A DNA stretch of 64,000 nucleotides from the human T2T-CHM13v2.0 reference genome, Homo sapiens. The stretch is taken from assembly GCF_009914755.1 (NCBI RefSeq), contig NC_060932.1. One strand, 5' to 3'. The notes beneath the pieces are model-generated. The model made no database searches. It was given only the letters and a program-made list of their open reading frames with translations, and was not told where the DNA came from. The position numbers were made by a program, and so were the translations under genes. Position 1 is the first letter of the stretch. Each line of letters opens with the position of its first letter. Positions 42,863 to 57,250 of this stretch are shown piece by piece.

Positions 42863-45800
42863 TAGAGGAAATGTGGGATAGAGTTCCTTGGAGATGGGAA
42901 ACAACTTTTCCCTGTTTAGCTGATGGCGAAACCAAAATACAATCATGCAAATGTTTCACAGTGTAAGCTTCTGCCTAACATATTAAATCCATCTCTAAAG
43001 CAACTGAAGATCTAAAAATAGATAGGGAAAATTTGATAGCACATCAGCAGGCATCAGTTCAGGTGCTATTAAGATACAAAGAAATATAAACAGAAACTCT
43101 AGAAATTCACCTTTAATATGTTTATGCCTCTCTGGAAATGTTATCAGAATATTTGGAGAATTTCTGGCTTCTGTAGGAAATAATTCTATTGCATGATAAA
43201 GAATTATCTTTAAAAATTCTATTGCACAACAAATATTTGACAAGACAGTTTGAAAACAGGTTAGTTTAAAAATAAATGAAACTTTCTTTGCCATTCTATG
43301 GTTACTCACAATGGAGACATATACCTGAGAAAGGTTCCTGGACTTATTTTTGGTAGTCTTAGTGGGGAAAGATTCTATCACCCTCTCCTCCAGCTCCCTA
43401 CACAGTGTCCCAGCATGCAGAAGCTGAAAATGCACTTTGCTCAGGAAATGTTCCAATAAAAAAGACAACATCAAGCTCAATTTTTCATAAAGAATGATTG
43501 AAATTTTTTTAAAAATCGGTTTTTTCCTGCTAAGCATACCTAAAAATTCTGTTATACTTTTAGATCACCTGAATGTGCATATAATTAGTTGAATAGTGGT
43601 TTTACTAGTGAACCAAGTGCAAAACTTTGTTGCAGTGTTTATGAAATGATATAGGAATAAAATACTTTTATATCATTTACACATTTATCTATATACAATT
43701 GTTCTAGGTTACTGACAAACTTAGCTTGAAGTTTCTTTTCCTTCTTTGTTAAACATAATGAACAGATGATAAATATTTATTCTCATAGCTGAAAAAAGAA
43801 ATCTAAACTTGAAATCAACATGCTGATACTTTTAAATGGGTTGAATTTTCTCATATTTCTTGAAAGGAATATAGTTCTGTGTACATAGCTAGAAACTGAG
43901 TGTACTTTGTAAAAAAGTATACATATAATCATTCACACTGTTACTTCATAAACTCCAGCTGATATATGCATCGTAACTGGACACAGCAAAATAAACTGCT
44001 AAAAAATTTAAGTGTTTTAGATATGCATGAAATGAATAATGAGCCATAACTTAAAGGAAACATATACTGCATTTTAAATGGTGCTGTAATACTTGGTTTA
44101 TATAATACTTATTATTAAAGATAACTAGATGACAGAAGAAAGACCTAAACAACTATTGTCAGCTCTTAGATTTCTTTTGCCTTGGATCTAGTAGTGATAC
44201 CTAATATAAGGCTTATTCAGCCATTTATTACCCAAAACTTGATTAATGGAAATTTAGAGAGATCTATTGACTATCTTCCAAGACAAACATTGACAAATAT
44301 AATAAGAAAGCAAAGAATATGTACATCTCAATTAGACACCAAACATGGGTTAATGTCTGCAGCAAGGAAGATCAGGGAGTAAATTCATTCATTAGACTCC
44401 AATTTGCATTCCTGCTATACATTTTTAAAACTTGTTTGTCTTGTCTAATGTCCTTTCTTTCCATTACAGTCATTAGTACCTATCAGCATTAATATGCTTT
44501 AATTTGCTAATTATGTTACATGTTCACAGTCTTATTTCAAAGCTGTTACCGATAAGCTGTCCTTACAGAGGCTGTATGATAGAAGAAAAAGCCAAAGACT
44601 TGGCTCCAAACAACCTTGGGCTTAAATGCCAGGATTCCATTCAAACTCTATAAACTTGGATAAGCAGAACTCTGTGAGCCTTAGTTTTGTCATCTGTTAA
44701 ATGAGATAAATAGCAATATCCAAGATCAGTGTAAGGATCCATGAAATACCTCATGAAAAATGCCTAAATTGGAGTGGTGATTAACAACTGAGTATTAACT
44801 GGCTCCTTCTCAATTTTTAAAAATATTTTGGCAACTGTGAGGGAACTACAGGTTTTTCCTTAAAAATACACATTCACTGCTTTAACAAAGATTACTTGTT
44901 GAACAAATGTGTATATGACGTGGTAACTTCTTTAAGGAGTTTTTTTAAATAATTAGAGCATTTGGAAATACATTCTGAGCATTTGGGGTTGTCACATTAA
45001 CACCACTGTCAGTTAGCCTCCAAGAATAAGGAATGAAGTTCCCTTGTTGCAAATACCAATAACACCCTAATTGAGAAACATGGAGTGACACATAAGCCAA
45101 TAGGAGTGTATTTAAGTAGTGTGTCTTGTAATTCAACCCTGATTATAGATGGGATGTGAGTTCAGAGAAAAGAAGGAAAATTACTGGGCTACAGGGATCA
45201 GAGAAGTCTTTATGGAAGAGGTGGCATTTGAGATGGCTCTGGAAGGATGAAGATAATTTGAAAAGTAAAAGTCAAGAAGGACAGTATTCCATGCATAAAG
45301 GACAAGACATAGTGGCTGGGATGAGAATGGCATGGGTTTGGAGAGGGGCCAAGAAGGGGCACATAGAGTGGGACTTATGTGATGGAGCGACTTAGTTGTC
45401 TGAAATGAATGATGTATTTGTGGGAGTGGTAAAAAGTAAGACTGGATTGATGTGTGAAAGTGAAAGAAGAGAAAGAGACAGAGAGACAGAGAAGGCTGTG
45501 GAGGATCCAGACAATCAGGCAAAGAAAGGAATTTGCACTTAATGCAGAGGCAACAAAGAATGTGAGTGATGAGCAGGGAGCAGCAGTGATGAAATGGTGT
45601 TCAGGGATGAGAAATCTGACAGCCGTCGGGGAGGCAGATTTGAAGAGAGAGAGATTGGTGGAAGAAAGACCACTTTGGAAGTTGTTAGTAGTGATACAGG
45701 CATGAGGCAGTAAGATCCTCTATCAGGAGAATTTAAAGTAAAGAGTATACCAGAAAGATGTTTCAAAGAAAGAAAGGGTGTGATGTGAACATATTAGACA

Positions 45801-46937
45801 TAAAGGATGAAGAAAGGACAATTCAATATGGCCCCAGGATTCTGAGTCTGGAAGAATGTGGTGCCCCGATCAGTGGGAATGAGAACAGTGAAGGGGAGCT
45901 AGTTTTGTACAAAATTAGTGACCTGCTTTTTTCTTCTTCCAAAATAGTTATTTTCTTAAACCTTTGAAAGGTTCAAACCTCCACCTTCTATAGCCAAAGG
46001 ACTTTAATTTTAATATTTTCTCTGCATTTTTTTCTTTTAGGAAAGTTTAACTTACAGTTTAATAAATACTCATCTGGGTCAGGTCTTTCTAATCAAGTTC
46101 TTAAATTCAAATGTGCATAGCCTAAAAGAGAAACATTTAAAAAGGAAGTAAAAGAGCATTTACATGTAAGGGACAAATGTGAGTTTCTTCCTTATTTGTT
46201 TTTAACTTTCATTCTCTATGCAGAAAATCCAGGCCAAAATCTTTGTTTTCTTTTATTCAGAGATTCAATTATATTTTAGGAAAACATCTAAATGTTGGGT
46301 AAATTCCGTAAGATAAATTACCCAAACTTATGGCTTGGAATTGTGTAAACTAAACGGATTATCTGACTAAATACATTGCTTTTATAGTTTGTTATTTTAA
46401 TATAAAGGAGACATTGTTTAAATTATCATATTTGTCTCATTTCAGCTCTATCTACACAATGCCTCAAGAGTCCCTCAGTTCAGTCAATTCAGGGGTTCAA
46501 CATTATGTAGATACAATATCTCTATCATTGACTGTGTATTTCTATGTAATTGATTGGATTTTTGGTATTTTGAAAGCACAGAAACACCTGAACATCTTAG
46601 TAAAATGTAATATCAATAAATACATTCAATTCAAATATGTACTTTCTACAGGATGCAGAAATATGCAGAATATTTTATAGATTTATAAAACAGGCTACCA
46701 GTTTTATTATCAATGGAGTTGCTTCAATAATTTTTTTCTTAATTCTTACACAATAACAAGTAGAGAAACCATGTAACATAGTCTTAATAGAAGCTCTAAG
46801 AGTAATGGCAGAATTTTTACTATGGAATTCACTTGACTCATCAAGCCTTAAAAATATCGGTCTTTGTTTCCATGAAACTATTAAACATCTAGAAGGAATA
46901 TTGGTAGCCCAAGAAACAGAAACAACTTTCCTTTTTA

Positions 46938-47271
46938 TTTATTATTTATTTATTTATTTTTATTTTATTTATTTATTTATTTATTTTTGAGATAGAGTCT
47001 CCCTCTGTAGCCCAGGCTGGAATGCAGTGGCAGTATCTCAGCTCACTGCAACCTCTGCCCCCAGGATTCTAGAGATTCTTCTGCCTCAGCCCCCTGAGTA
47101 GCTGGGATTACAGGTGTGCGCCAACACACCTGGCTAATTTTTTTCTATTTTTAGTAGAGACAGGGTTTCACCATGTTGGCCAGACTGGTCTTGAACTCCT
47201 GACCTCAGGTGATACGCTAGTCTCGGCCTTCCAAAGTACTGGGATTACAGGCTTGAGCCACCGCACCCGGC
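46938..47271 (-). mobile_element. AluSx-like with (TTTA)n tail
   Basis: Perfect 16-bp TSD ACAACTTTCCTTTTTA (46922-46937, 47272-47287). Confidence 0.96.
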
Positions 47272-47924
47272 ACAACTTTCCTTTTTAAAGTAATGCACGC
47301 CTTTTGCTGTTATTGGTGATAATGACAATGATGCTATAAAAGCAGTCATGTGTATTATGGAAAATATAGAAAACTAGGAATAGGCAAAAGCCATCTCTTA
47401 CCTCCTGACCCCACCTCTCAAAGACCAAAATCATCATCATTTTGTTATACCGCTTTTCTTATGTTTTCACTGGATCTTTTTTTTTTTTAAACACAATTAT
47501 AGTCAAATGTATATGTAGTTTTGGCTTCCTGGTTTTCCACATACAATTTTGGAAATAATATTCTCAAAGAGAAAGCACAAGGCAAAGCAAAAGAAAGTGA
47601 TCAGGATTAAGTTTGTTTCTCTGAGCCTCAGTTTTCTCATCAATAAAACAGGAAAAATAATGACCTCATAGTGCTATTGCTGAAGTCATATGAGATATAT
47701 CAGAAAAAATTCAGATCTGCTTTCCTCCCACCTGTCCAGCCACCTACTCTTCCCTCTCTCCCATGTGTCTCAGTGATCCCCACCTCGCTGGGCACCCTCC
47801 TGACCCTCTCTTAAGCTCTCCTCAGTCATACAATGCTCATGGAAAATGAAGACACTCAGATAAAGAACTGGCTTCCATGTGTCTTCCGTCTTCTCCCCTG
47901 CCTCACTCCAACTCCTACCTCTAG

Positions 47925-48311
<387 letters not shown>

Positions 48312-48774
48312 TAATGACCTACTGCAAAATTTTACTTAGTGTTGACCCAGCTCTACCTTTAGAACTTTTGCTTTCCCTCCAACTCATTTAAAAAAAAAAA
48401 AAAAAGACTAAGAAGATAGTTACCGACCAGCCTTCACCTGTCTGGAACTTGGGGTATTAGTTTGCATTTTGAAGAATTCATGAGAGGCTACGTAAAACCT
48501 GTAAGACACATAGGAAAGGAGGCACAATGTTGGAATGTCAGGCAGTAGGCCTGGCATTTGGGACCATAAAATCTCATAAATTGTAAACGTAAGCAGCTGC
48601 CAGCTCCACCTACATCTAAGAGAACCTTTACTCAACAGACTCATTCTTCTCCCCAGGTAGCTTAATCAATGGTTAAGCTCACAAGGCAAATTAATGGTAT
48701 TAAACTCTTCAGCATTAGGCCTAAATTAGAGGTTTCCTGAGAGTACTGAGGCTACAGGCTCATCTTTCATTTTT

Positions 48775-48949
48775 TTTTTTTCATTTTTCAAAATTTTTTT
48801 AGAGATGGAGGCCTTGCTCTGTCATGCAGGCTGGTGTGCAGTGGTGCAATCATAGCTTACTGCAACTTCTACCTCTTGAGTTCAAGAAATCATCCTGCTT
48901 CAGTCTCCCAAGTAGCTGGGACTACAGGTGCACACTGCTGCGCCCAGCT
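48775..48949 (-). mobile_element. Free Alu right-monomer (FRAM-like)
   Basis: Single antisense right arm with ATCTTTCATTTTT on both flanks. Confidence 0.8.
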
Positions 48950-49208
48950 TATCTTTCATTTTTAATTGTATTATTTATTCCAATGTCTGGGTTCAACTAT
49001 ATACTTAATAGTGTAAATATCTCTAAGTTCAGGAGAAAAATGTGTAATTTTTGTGACAGCTCACAGCTAAGTGTGCCATTTTATTTTTATTAAAGAATAG
49101 TTTTCTATTTTCTGATTCACATCCTGTATAAGAAAAGATTTTGTACATATCCTATAAGTTGACTAATAATCTCCTAAAGTTGTGTGTTTTGTGTGCTTTT
49201 AGATAAGT

Positions 49209-49275
49209 ACACATTGTTTATTCCTAATTTTATATTTGCATGTTGCAAATATAAAATTAGGAATAAACAATGTGT
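49209..49275. repeat. Perfect 32-bp inverted repeat with 3-nt loop
   Basis: ACACATTGTTTATTCCTAATTTTATATTTGCA-TGT-TGCAAATATAAAATTAGGAATAAACAATGTGT. Confidence 0.97.
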
Positions 49276-51077
49276 CTTTATGAATAATTGAGCAATAATT
49301 TCACTAGCAGATAAAAATAAATTATTCCATATGCCTACAAAAAAGAAAGACCTATGCTCCTATAGAATTCAATCTGATCACACAAGAAACATCATAAAAT
49401 CAGCTAAACTTGAAGATGACAAACTACTTTATACTTCTTTACATAGTCTCTCATTAATTCTTCAACATGCACACAGATACTCCAAGTTCCAGACAGATGA
49501 AGTCTGATTGGTAAGTATGTTCTTAGTCTCCTTTAGGTTTTTTTTTTTAATGAGTTGGGGTAAAAAGCAAAAGTTATAATGCTCGAGCTGGGTCAGTGTT
49601 AAGCAAAATTTTGCAGTAGGTCATTCTTATTCAATATGTCCCCTAATTTAATTAAACATTCATTCACATCCAAAAAGCCCCTAGCACTATCCTAGGTATA
49701 GAGGCTACAGGGATATATAAAGACAAACTCTTTGTCTTCAAGGAGCTTAATATGGGCCATGTACACAAACAATTCTGAGCATACCACTACATTCTATGAG
49801 AGAGAACGTGGCATCAATGAGAGGAGAAAGAAAATGGGGGGAGGCTTTTGGAGTACATGGTATTTGAACTGGACCTATAAAGGTGTGATGAATGTCTACA
49901 AGCAGCTATAAAGTCAGAGAAAAAAGAAGGAAAGTTCAACAGAAAGGGGGAAGTAGATGGGAGAAGACTGGGCACGTTCAGGGAGGGAATAATCTGGTAT
50001 TGTTGAAGCAAGCTATGGAAGGGAAGCGTCTAGAGAAGGAAGTCTGAGCCAGATTGTGGTCCTGCTACACCTAATTCCCGCCTCTCCTCCCCATCCTGTC
50101 CCTTGTCATTCTACATACTTTCTTCTACGCCCATGCTTACAACTTTCACCTGAGTCTTCAGTGTGTAGCTTCAGAAAAGACATCTCCTGACCCATACATA
50201 CAATTGCTTTTTGGACATCACATAATTACACCAAATCCAATAGGTCTAAAGCAAAACACATTATTTTGCCTTATAAACTTCTACCTCTTTCTTTCTTTCC
50301 TGTGTTAGATTCCCAAACCAGAAACCTGGGGGTCCTTCTAAGTGCCTTTTTCTCCTGTTATCCCCCCGCCCCCCATAGCTAAGCAATAGCCACATCCTAG
50401 TGATTCCAGCTCATTATTCTCCTGCTGACCTACTTCTCCACTCGCACCGCTGCTGCCCTGGTTCACTGCCTCTCACTGCCCTATTTCACTGCACACCTTA
50501 CCAGCCTCTCTGGCTCCCATGGCACTCTCCTCCAAATCATTCTGCACATTGCTCACTAAAGGATCTCTCTAACACAGAGATACTATTTGCATAATTTTTA
50601 CACTCCCCTGAGCACTGGAATTTTAACTCCTTAGCGTCACAAGTAAGAGCTTGTCCCTTTCCTACATTTTCGGCTTCCTCTCACGTGGCTCTCCCAACTT
50701 ACATATTACGCTCCAGCAATTCTGAATTATTTGTAGTTCTCTGAACATGCTGCGTTCCCTAAGCTGGAACACTGTTCATCTTGCAAACTCCCAATTATTT
50801 TTCAAGTCATAAATCAAATGATGCCCAGCCACCTCATCAAGCCTTCACTGAATTTCTCAGGTAGATTTATATAGCTGCATTCCTAACTACATATATGTTA
50901 GGTGTTCTTCCTATATTTCCACAGTACTTTGCATACACATGTGCTTTAGTAATTCTTGGTCCTCATAATTGGTAGCATGTCTTCCCACTCTCACTAACAT
51001 CCCAAAGAGTAGGGCCTTGCATTGTGGTACCCTCAGCCCTGCATTTGGCTACAGTAGGTTCCCCAAAGTGTACACAC

Positions 51078-51284
51078 TCAGTGGTGTGTAGCTGCCAAGG
51101 AGTACAGGCTTTGCAAGAGCAGGTGATTAGTCTCACTCCCCAACTCCGCATTCAGTGCCATCACACTGGTGGCTTAAAATTGGTCATGGTTGAATTACTT
51201 ACTTTACAAAATCAGCAAATATGACAAGCCAGGGCCCCCTCTTTTTTTGTGGAGAGATGGTTGTTAAATACTTATCAGCACACT
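51078..51284. mobile_element. hAT-type DNA transposon fossil (MER63-like)
   Basis: CAGTGGTGTG start and GGAGAGATGGTTGTTAAATACTTATCAGCACAC end. Confidence 0.45.
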
Positions 51285-52661
51285 TTTGTGTTTGTGTGTA
51301 TGTATATATACAAATATATGTGTATATATATATAAAAAAACATGTAATTTTACAAATATAGTAAATGAAAGTGTGAAAGAGTTCATTCGTACGGACTTAG
51401 GGTCTCGGTCAAGTCCAACACTCTATTTTGCTTCCTGAAAAATTATCCTTACATGTGACATATTCTTCTCTGATTTTACTTAAAATCTCCTTGTCTTTTA
51501 TTAAATCTTTTTTGAATTCCCAAAATAACAAAAGTGCAACTTGCCAGTACGATGGTGATTGTGTTAGTGGAGAAGATGTTTTAGGAAGATTTCCCCCTCC
51601 AAATAGGACAGGCTGATTTGGAAACATGGCAAACTCAGATAATTGACTTCATTGTACAAGAACCTGTTGGCTTTCCCATGAACCTTTAAATTCCCTCCAC
51701 AATAAAAGAGCTACCTTGGACAGAAGGCATAGAGAGGCAGAGAAATGACCACCCAGGGAAGGGAAACAAAATGAACAGAGGTATAAAGATGAGAACAAAT
51801 TCATTTGAGTGCCCCTAGGTGACTAATTTTCCTCAAACAGTTTTCACACATCATCTTCTTAAAAATATATATATATATCTCCAAGCTTCTCTGAGGGCTT
51901 TCAACACCCTTTAAAATATGACCCTTTCATCCCTTTTCTGTCTTTGTTCATCCGTTATCTCTTCAATTCAATAAACATGTATTGAGCACCAATTTTATAC
52001 CAGGTATTGTCTAAAAAGAACCAATAATACTCTCCTCTGGAACATTCAGTAGAATATGAAAGATCTACGTTAAAACATAAGGTTAAGCTGTGCAGTGTAC
52101 AGAAGAGACAAGAAAGTGGTACTTACTGTGCATAAGGTTGAAGAGCAAGCCCCCAGTGGGATACAAGTCACTCTCAGGCTTGAAAAATGAGTAGGCATTC
52201 ACTAGGCCAACATAAAATACAAGAAGACCCTCCAGTCTGCAGAAGTAGTCAATGAGGCCAGAAAAACAAAGCCCAAGACCACCACCAACACCTGCCTTCT
52301 CAGTTTTCTCTTCAAGCTATTGAGCAATGCCAGAGAATATCACATTCTACAGACAATGGTTTCTTCACCCTTGGAGTTTCCATTCCAAATGGGCCCTCAG
52401 GGATTTCTGTCTATACATTTGCAGAACCATAATCAGTTTCCTCTTTTTATTCCTTAAATTCCTATTTCAAAATTCCCTACTGTCCTCATGTCATTATACA
52501 TGGAATTCTTTCCTCTGAAATTCCTCCCACATCCAGTATCTCCCTTCTATTTTATGACCGCAGTTCCAGTTCCACTGTGTCCTCTCTGCACTGTAGGCAA
52601 GAAGGCTGATCTCCTGCCTTGCCACATGTGAAGAAGCCTCCTTCCAATCCCCCTGCCTCTT

Positions 52662-53022
<361 letters not shown>

Positions 53023-55099
53023 TAGAATCATCTAAAATGCAAACTTGCTACCATCACTGTGCTGCCTGAAATCCTTCAATCTTCGCATTTTCTATATGCT
53101 GAAATCCCAAGTCACTATCTTGCCATACTAGGACATTTATGATCTGCTCCCTGCTTACTTTCCCAAACTCATCTGCCCTCTGTCCCCCAACACACCCTCA
53201 TACAGGCAATTTCTGTCTCTGTTACACTCTTTCATGCCTGCAAGCCAGCATGCAGACTCCTCCAGTCTTGAGCACTCGGTAGCCCGTTATTTGACCTGTT
53301 TCTTTCTATCCTCCCTGTGGTAGGTCACCTCTCAGAGCAGGCTTTCCTGACCACCACTGGCAGGGTTTGGTGTTTCTCCCTTCCCTTTATATCACTTTGT
53401 GCATTCATCTGTATGGTTCACCATTTTGCCGTTAATAATTTTTTCAAATGCCCCTTTCTCTCAGCGGATTGTGCATCCCACAATGGCAGAAACGTGATCC
53501 TATTTATTGTTGTGTCCACGGTGCCTCCATGGTGCCTAGGGACATACTGATAAATTACTAAACTAGTAAAGCCTGGATATACAGGATAAGAACATGGAAG
53601 AATCAAATATGACTCTAAAGATGTTTTTCAGGAAACAGAAAATGGTAGAATTATTGAAAGAAATTGTAAGGGAGAGATTACAGAGAGACATCAAGAGGAG
53701 GAGTTTTATGGAGGAGTTAGAAATATGGGATTGGAAGTGAGTGGTCAGGATCAGGCAAAGTGGATTTGTGAATCATAATAATGGAAAGGTGTGGTGGCGG
53801 TTGAATTTAAAGCATGAAGAGCAGACTGACAAACACTGAGGTCTAGAATATTTACAAATAGGAGGCTAAAATGGGATGGGAGACTTAGCTAGAAATAAAA
53901 GGACCTATTTTCTCCTCTTGGACATGGCTAGAGGGCCAAAGACACGTTTTAGTGGATTCTCTCAGTTGGGAGTAAAATTAAAGAAAAATGAGCCAAGGAG
54001 CAAGGGGAGACGCAGTTAAAAGAATAAATTAAAAGAGTAAGTGGATTTATCTAAAACAGAAGTCATGGTCTTGCCACTGGAGTCAAACACGACACTTGAG
54101 AGCTGCATGGAAGTACATGAGAAGAACTTGAATAAATTTAAAGCTAATTTAGCTCTGAGAATTAAACAAGGCCACATACATATGCACATGGATTAGGATG
54201 CATAATGTGAAACACTTGACAGCCATATTCAGTTGAAATAAAAATAGATAACATTTCAAAAAAGAAAACACTGCAACCTTTCATAAACAACACTGGTGAC
54301 TTTTGGCTATAATCCTTGGATAGATTGCTCTGAATATAATTATATAGTAGCTGCAAGAAAGTAAATCATCCTATGCCTCTCCATTCTGGGCCTTTGTTGT
54401 TTGAGTTTTATGAGGATTTATGACTATGGGGAAACTCAGCATATTTTCTGTGGGCAGCAGCTCTTAGCTTAGAAAATAAGGAAGTGGCTCAGTGAGAGAG
54501 GTGGCACAATTGTGAGAGTGAGAGAGGACAGAGGCAGGGTGAATGCAGAGCACCCCATGAATTTTTAAAGATCATTTTTGTGTAGTCAAGTGACTCAAGC
54601 CCCTGGCAATGTGCAGAATTGACACCCTGCCATGTTTCCTCTGATAGGAGTTCGGCTTTGTGACTAATTTTACTTGACAAACATTTGAAAGATTATGCAC
54701 ACATAAAATTCAGTAGGGGAGGGCAGGAGAAAGTAATTCACTGGTAGATTTTCTGTTTTACCAGGAAAAATAGGAATAGGCTCAGATTCAGAGTATATTT
54801 ACGGGAGAAATATTTAACTAGAGATTATAAGGGGCTAGGATGGACCTCCAGGGATTTCTTTAGGAATCAATTGGAAATCTCTCTGAATAAGTTAAAAGCA
54901 ATCAAATCAATACGTTGGCATAAAACAACTGCAGTGCACAGTAGAGGTGCTATCCTGGAATTAAGCATGGTTTTTTTTTTGAATTCTAAAATAGTAATTC
55001 TATTATTACAATCCCTTCCAGCATGTTATATTATATGGGACAGGAAAATGGTGAAAGTAAGGATCAGATAGATTCGGACAGATTTGCATCTCCTCACCT

Positions 55100-57250
55100 A
55101 TGATTTAATTAAAAACATACTAAATGTCAGGGACTTTATTAGCCATTAGGATGCAAAAATGATTAAAACAAAGCTTATGCTCACAAAAACATTCACAATC
55201 TAATACAGAAGACAGAATAGTAAGCTGATAAAGTCATAAAGAAACAAATGTTATCATAGTAAAAACACAAATTAGTGGCACCTGATCTACATGGCTTGTG
55301 GAGAGGCGGGCACCAGAAAGGCTTTCTGGAAAGGAGCACTCTTAAGCTGAGCATTGTGGATTCACAGGCATTTTGTAGGTGAAGGGAAGGAAGATGGTTT
55401 ATGTACTAGGACCTACACAGGTGAAGACCAGAAATCTAGAAATAACACAATCAGTCCAGAAAATGGCAAGTAGTTCCTTAAGTCTGGGCAACAAAAGATG
55501 AGCCTAGTGAGGTAAGCAGAGATCAGGAAATAAGGCCTTTATTTAGTATATATATGAAAGATTTGGACAAGCTTCTAATGGCTATGGAAAGATATTGGGA
55601 GATTACAAGGCAAAGAGTGTTGTAATCAGAGTTAAGTTTGGGGAAGACCACTCTGTCTCCAATGTGGCCAAATAATTGGACCAAAGTCAAAGCCATTAGG
55701 AGAGGACTGGAACAATATGGGCAAGATACGAATCAATCTGCAAGGGCCTAACAGAATAAGGTAAATAGCATTGAGGATAGGGAAGAAAATGATACATTTG
55801 GAATAGAATCAATAGAGTTGGTGTGAGAAGATGTGTAGAAAGCGGAATAGAAAGGAGTCAAAGTGACTTTACTTGAACCATGGAGAGAGAAAGTGGTGTG
55901 ACTGTTGAGAGCCTGAATTCCAATTTCACCCCTTGGAGCGAGAGCCAGGTTTGGCTGCAGACTATGTGACGTGAACAAGTTAACTTACAACCTTGAGCCT
56001 CATTTGTATATCTATAAAAAGAATGATAACAGTACCTATCTCACAAGGTAGTTATTAGGGTTGAGTGCAAAATTTCATATACAGTACTTCTCACAGTGCC
56101 TGGAACATGGAAATAATAAATGTTAGCTACTGTTATTATTAATTGAATAGTGTAACTTATGTAAGTGTTGACAACAGTAGAGAAGAAACATATTTCAGTA
56201 GGTTAAGCATGTCAGGTTTAGTTTTGTCCATGTTGTACTTGAAGCGTCTATAAAATACCAGGATACAAATAGAAATACAGATTTAAGGCTCAGAAGAAAC
56301 ATATAGACTGGAGATATAGCTTTGGGATTAATTAGTATAGAGATGGTTTGTTGAAGACACCAGAGTAGATGTGATCACTACAGGAAATTTTGTAAAGTAG
56401 AAAAGAAACTCTGGAATAGCTAGAATTCTGGGAGAATGAGATGTAGGGCCTTTGAAATAAACAGCGAAGGAATATTCAGAGAGGGAAGAGGAAAACCAGG
56501 AGAAAGAATCACAGAAATCAAAGAAGGAGACTATTTCAGTAGTGGTCAATGATAAATGTAAAGATAAGGACTGAGAAGTACCCAGTTTCTGAATGCAATT
56601 TCCATAAGGTGTTGGGGAAATAAATAAGATTACATAATGTTGCTGAATGATGAATGGAGGAAAAACTAAAAAGAGGGTAAGAATATACTGCTGTCTTTAC
56701 AAGCTTGATTATGAGAGAGAACAGTAATAACATGGAGAAACGAGGCAAGGTATTTTTGTCTGCTTTATTTTGCTTTACTTCTTAAGATAGAAGAAATCTA
56801 TGTCTGTTTAAATTTTGATGGGAAAGAGCTAGTAGAGTGGAAGGAATTATTTGTAGATGCACAAGCAAGACTTGATATTGATGGCGCATGGTTCCTGAGG
56901 AGGCAAGAAGGAATAGGATAGGGCTCATCCTTCTTTTTCTTGTCAGAAAGGATTGTGCCTAATTCACTGATCTGTCTGCAGCACCTAGCACAGTATCTGG
57001 TACATGGACGTATCCAATACATGTTTGTCAAACAAATAGATAAATGAGTGAATTAAAGAAGAAATGAATGAGATGCAAAGAAAAGAAATAAGGATGATCA
57101 TGGTTGCAGATTAATTTTAAGTAATGAGGAAGAAAGTTGTGAGTTTAGCAAGTTGGTCTCTATTTTTTCAGTGAAGTAGAATGGAAAGTCATTGATTGAG
57201 AATGAGGGTAATGGCAAGGAGAAAAGGCATGGCTGTTCATTGTGGGAAAT
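55100..57250 (-). mobile_element. Degenerate L2 fragments with a MIR inserted at ~55915-56135
   Basis: Purine-rich L2-like text. MIR core TGTGACGTGAACAAGTTAACTT...TGAGCCTCA...CAGTACCTATCTCAC...CAGTGCCTGG. Boundaries approximate. Confidence 0.55.
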
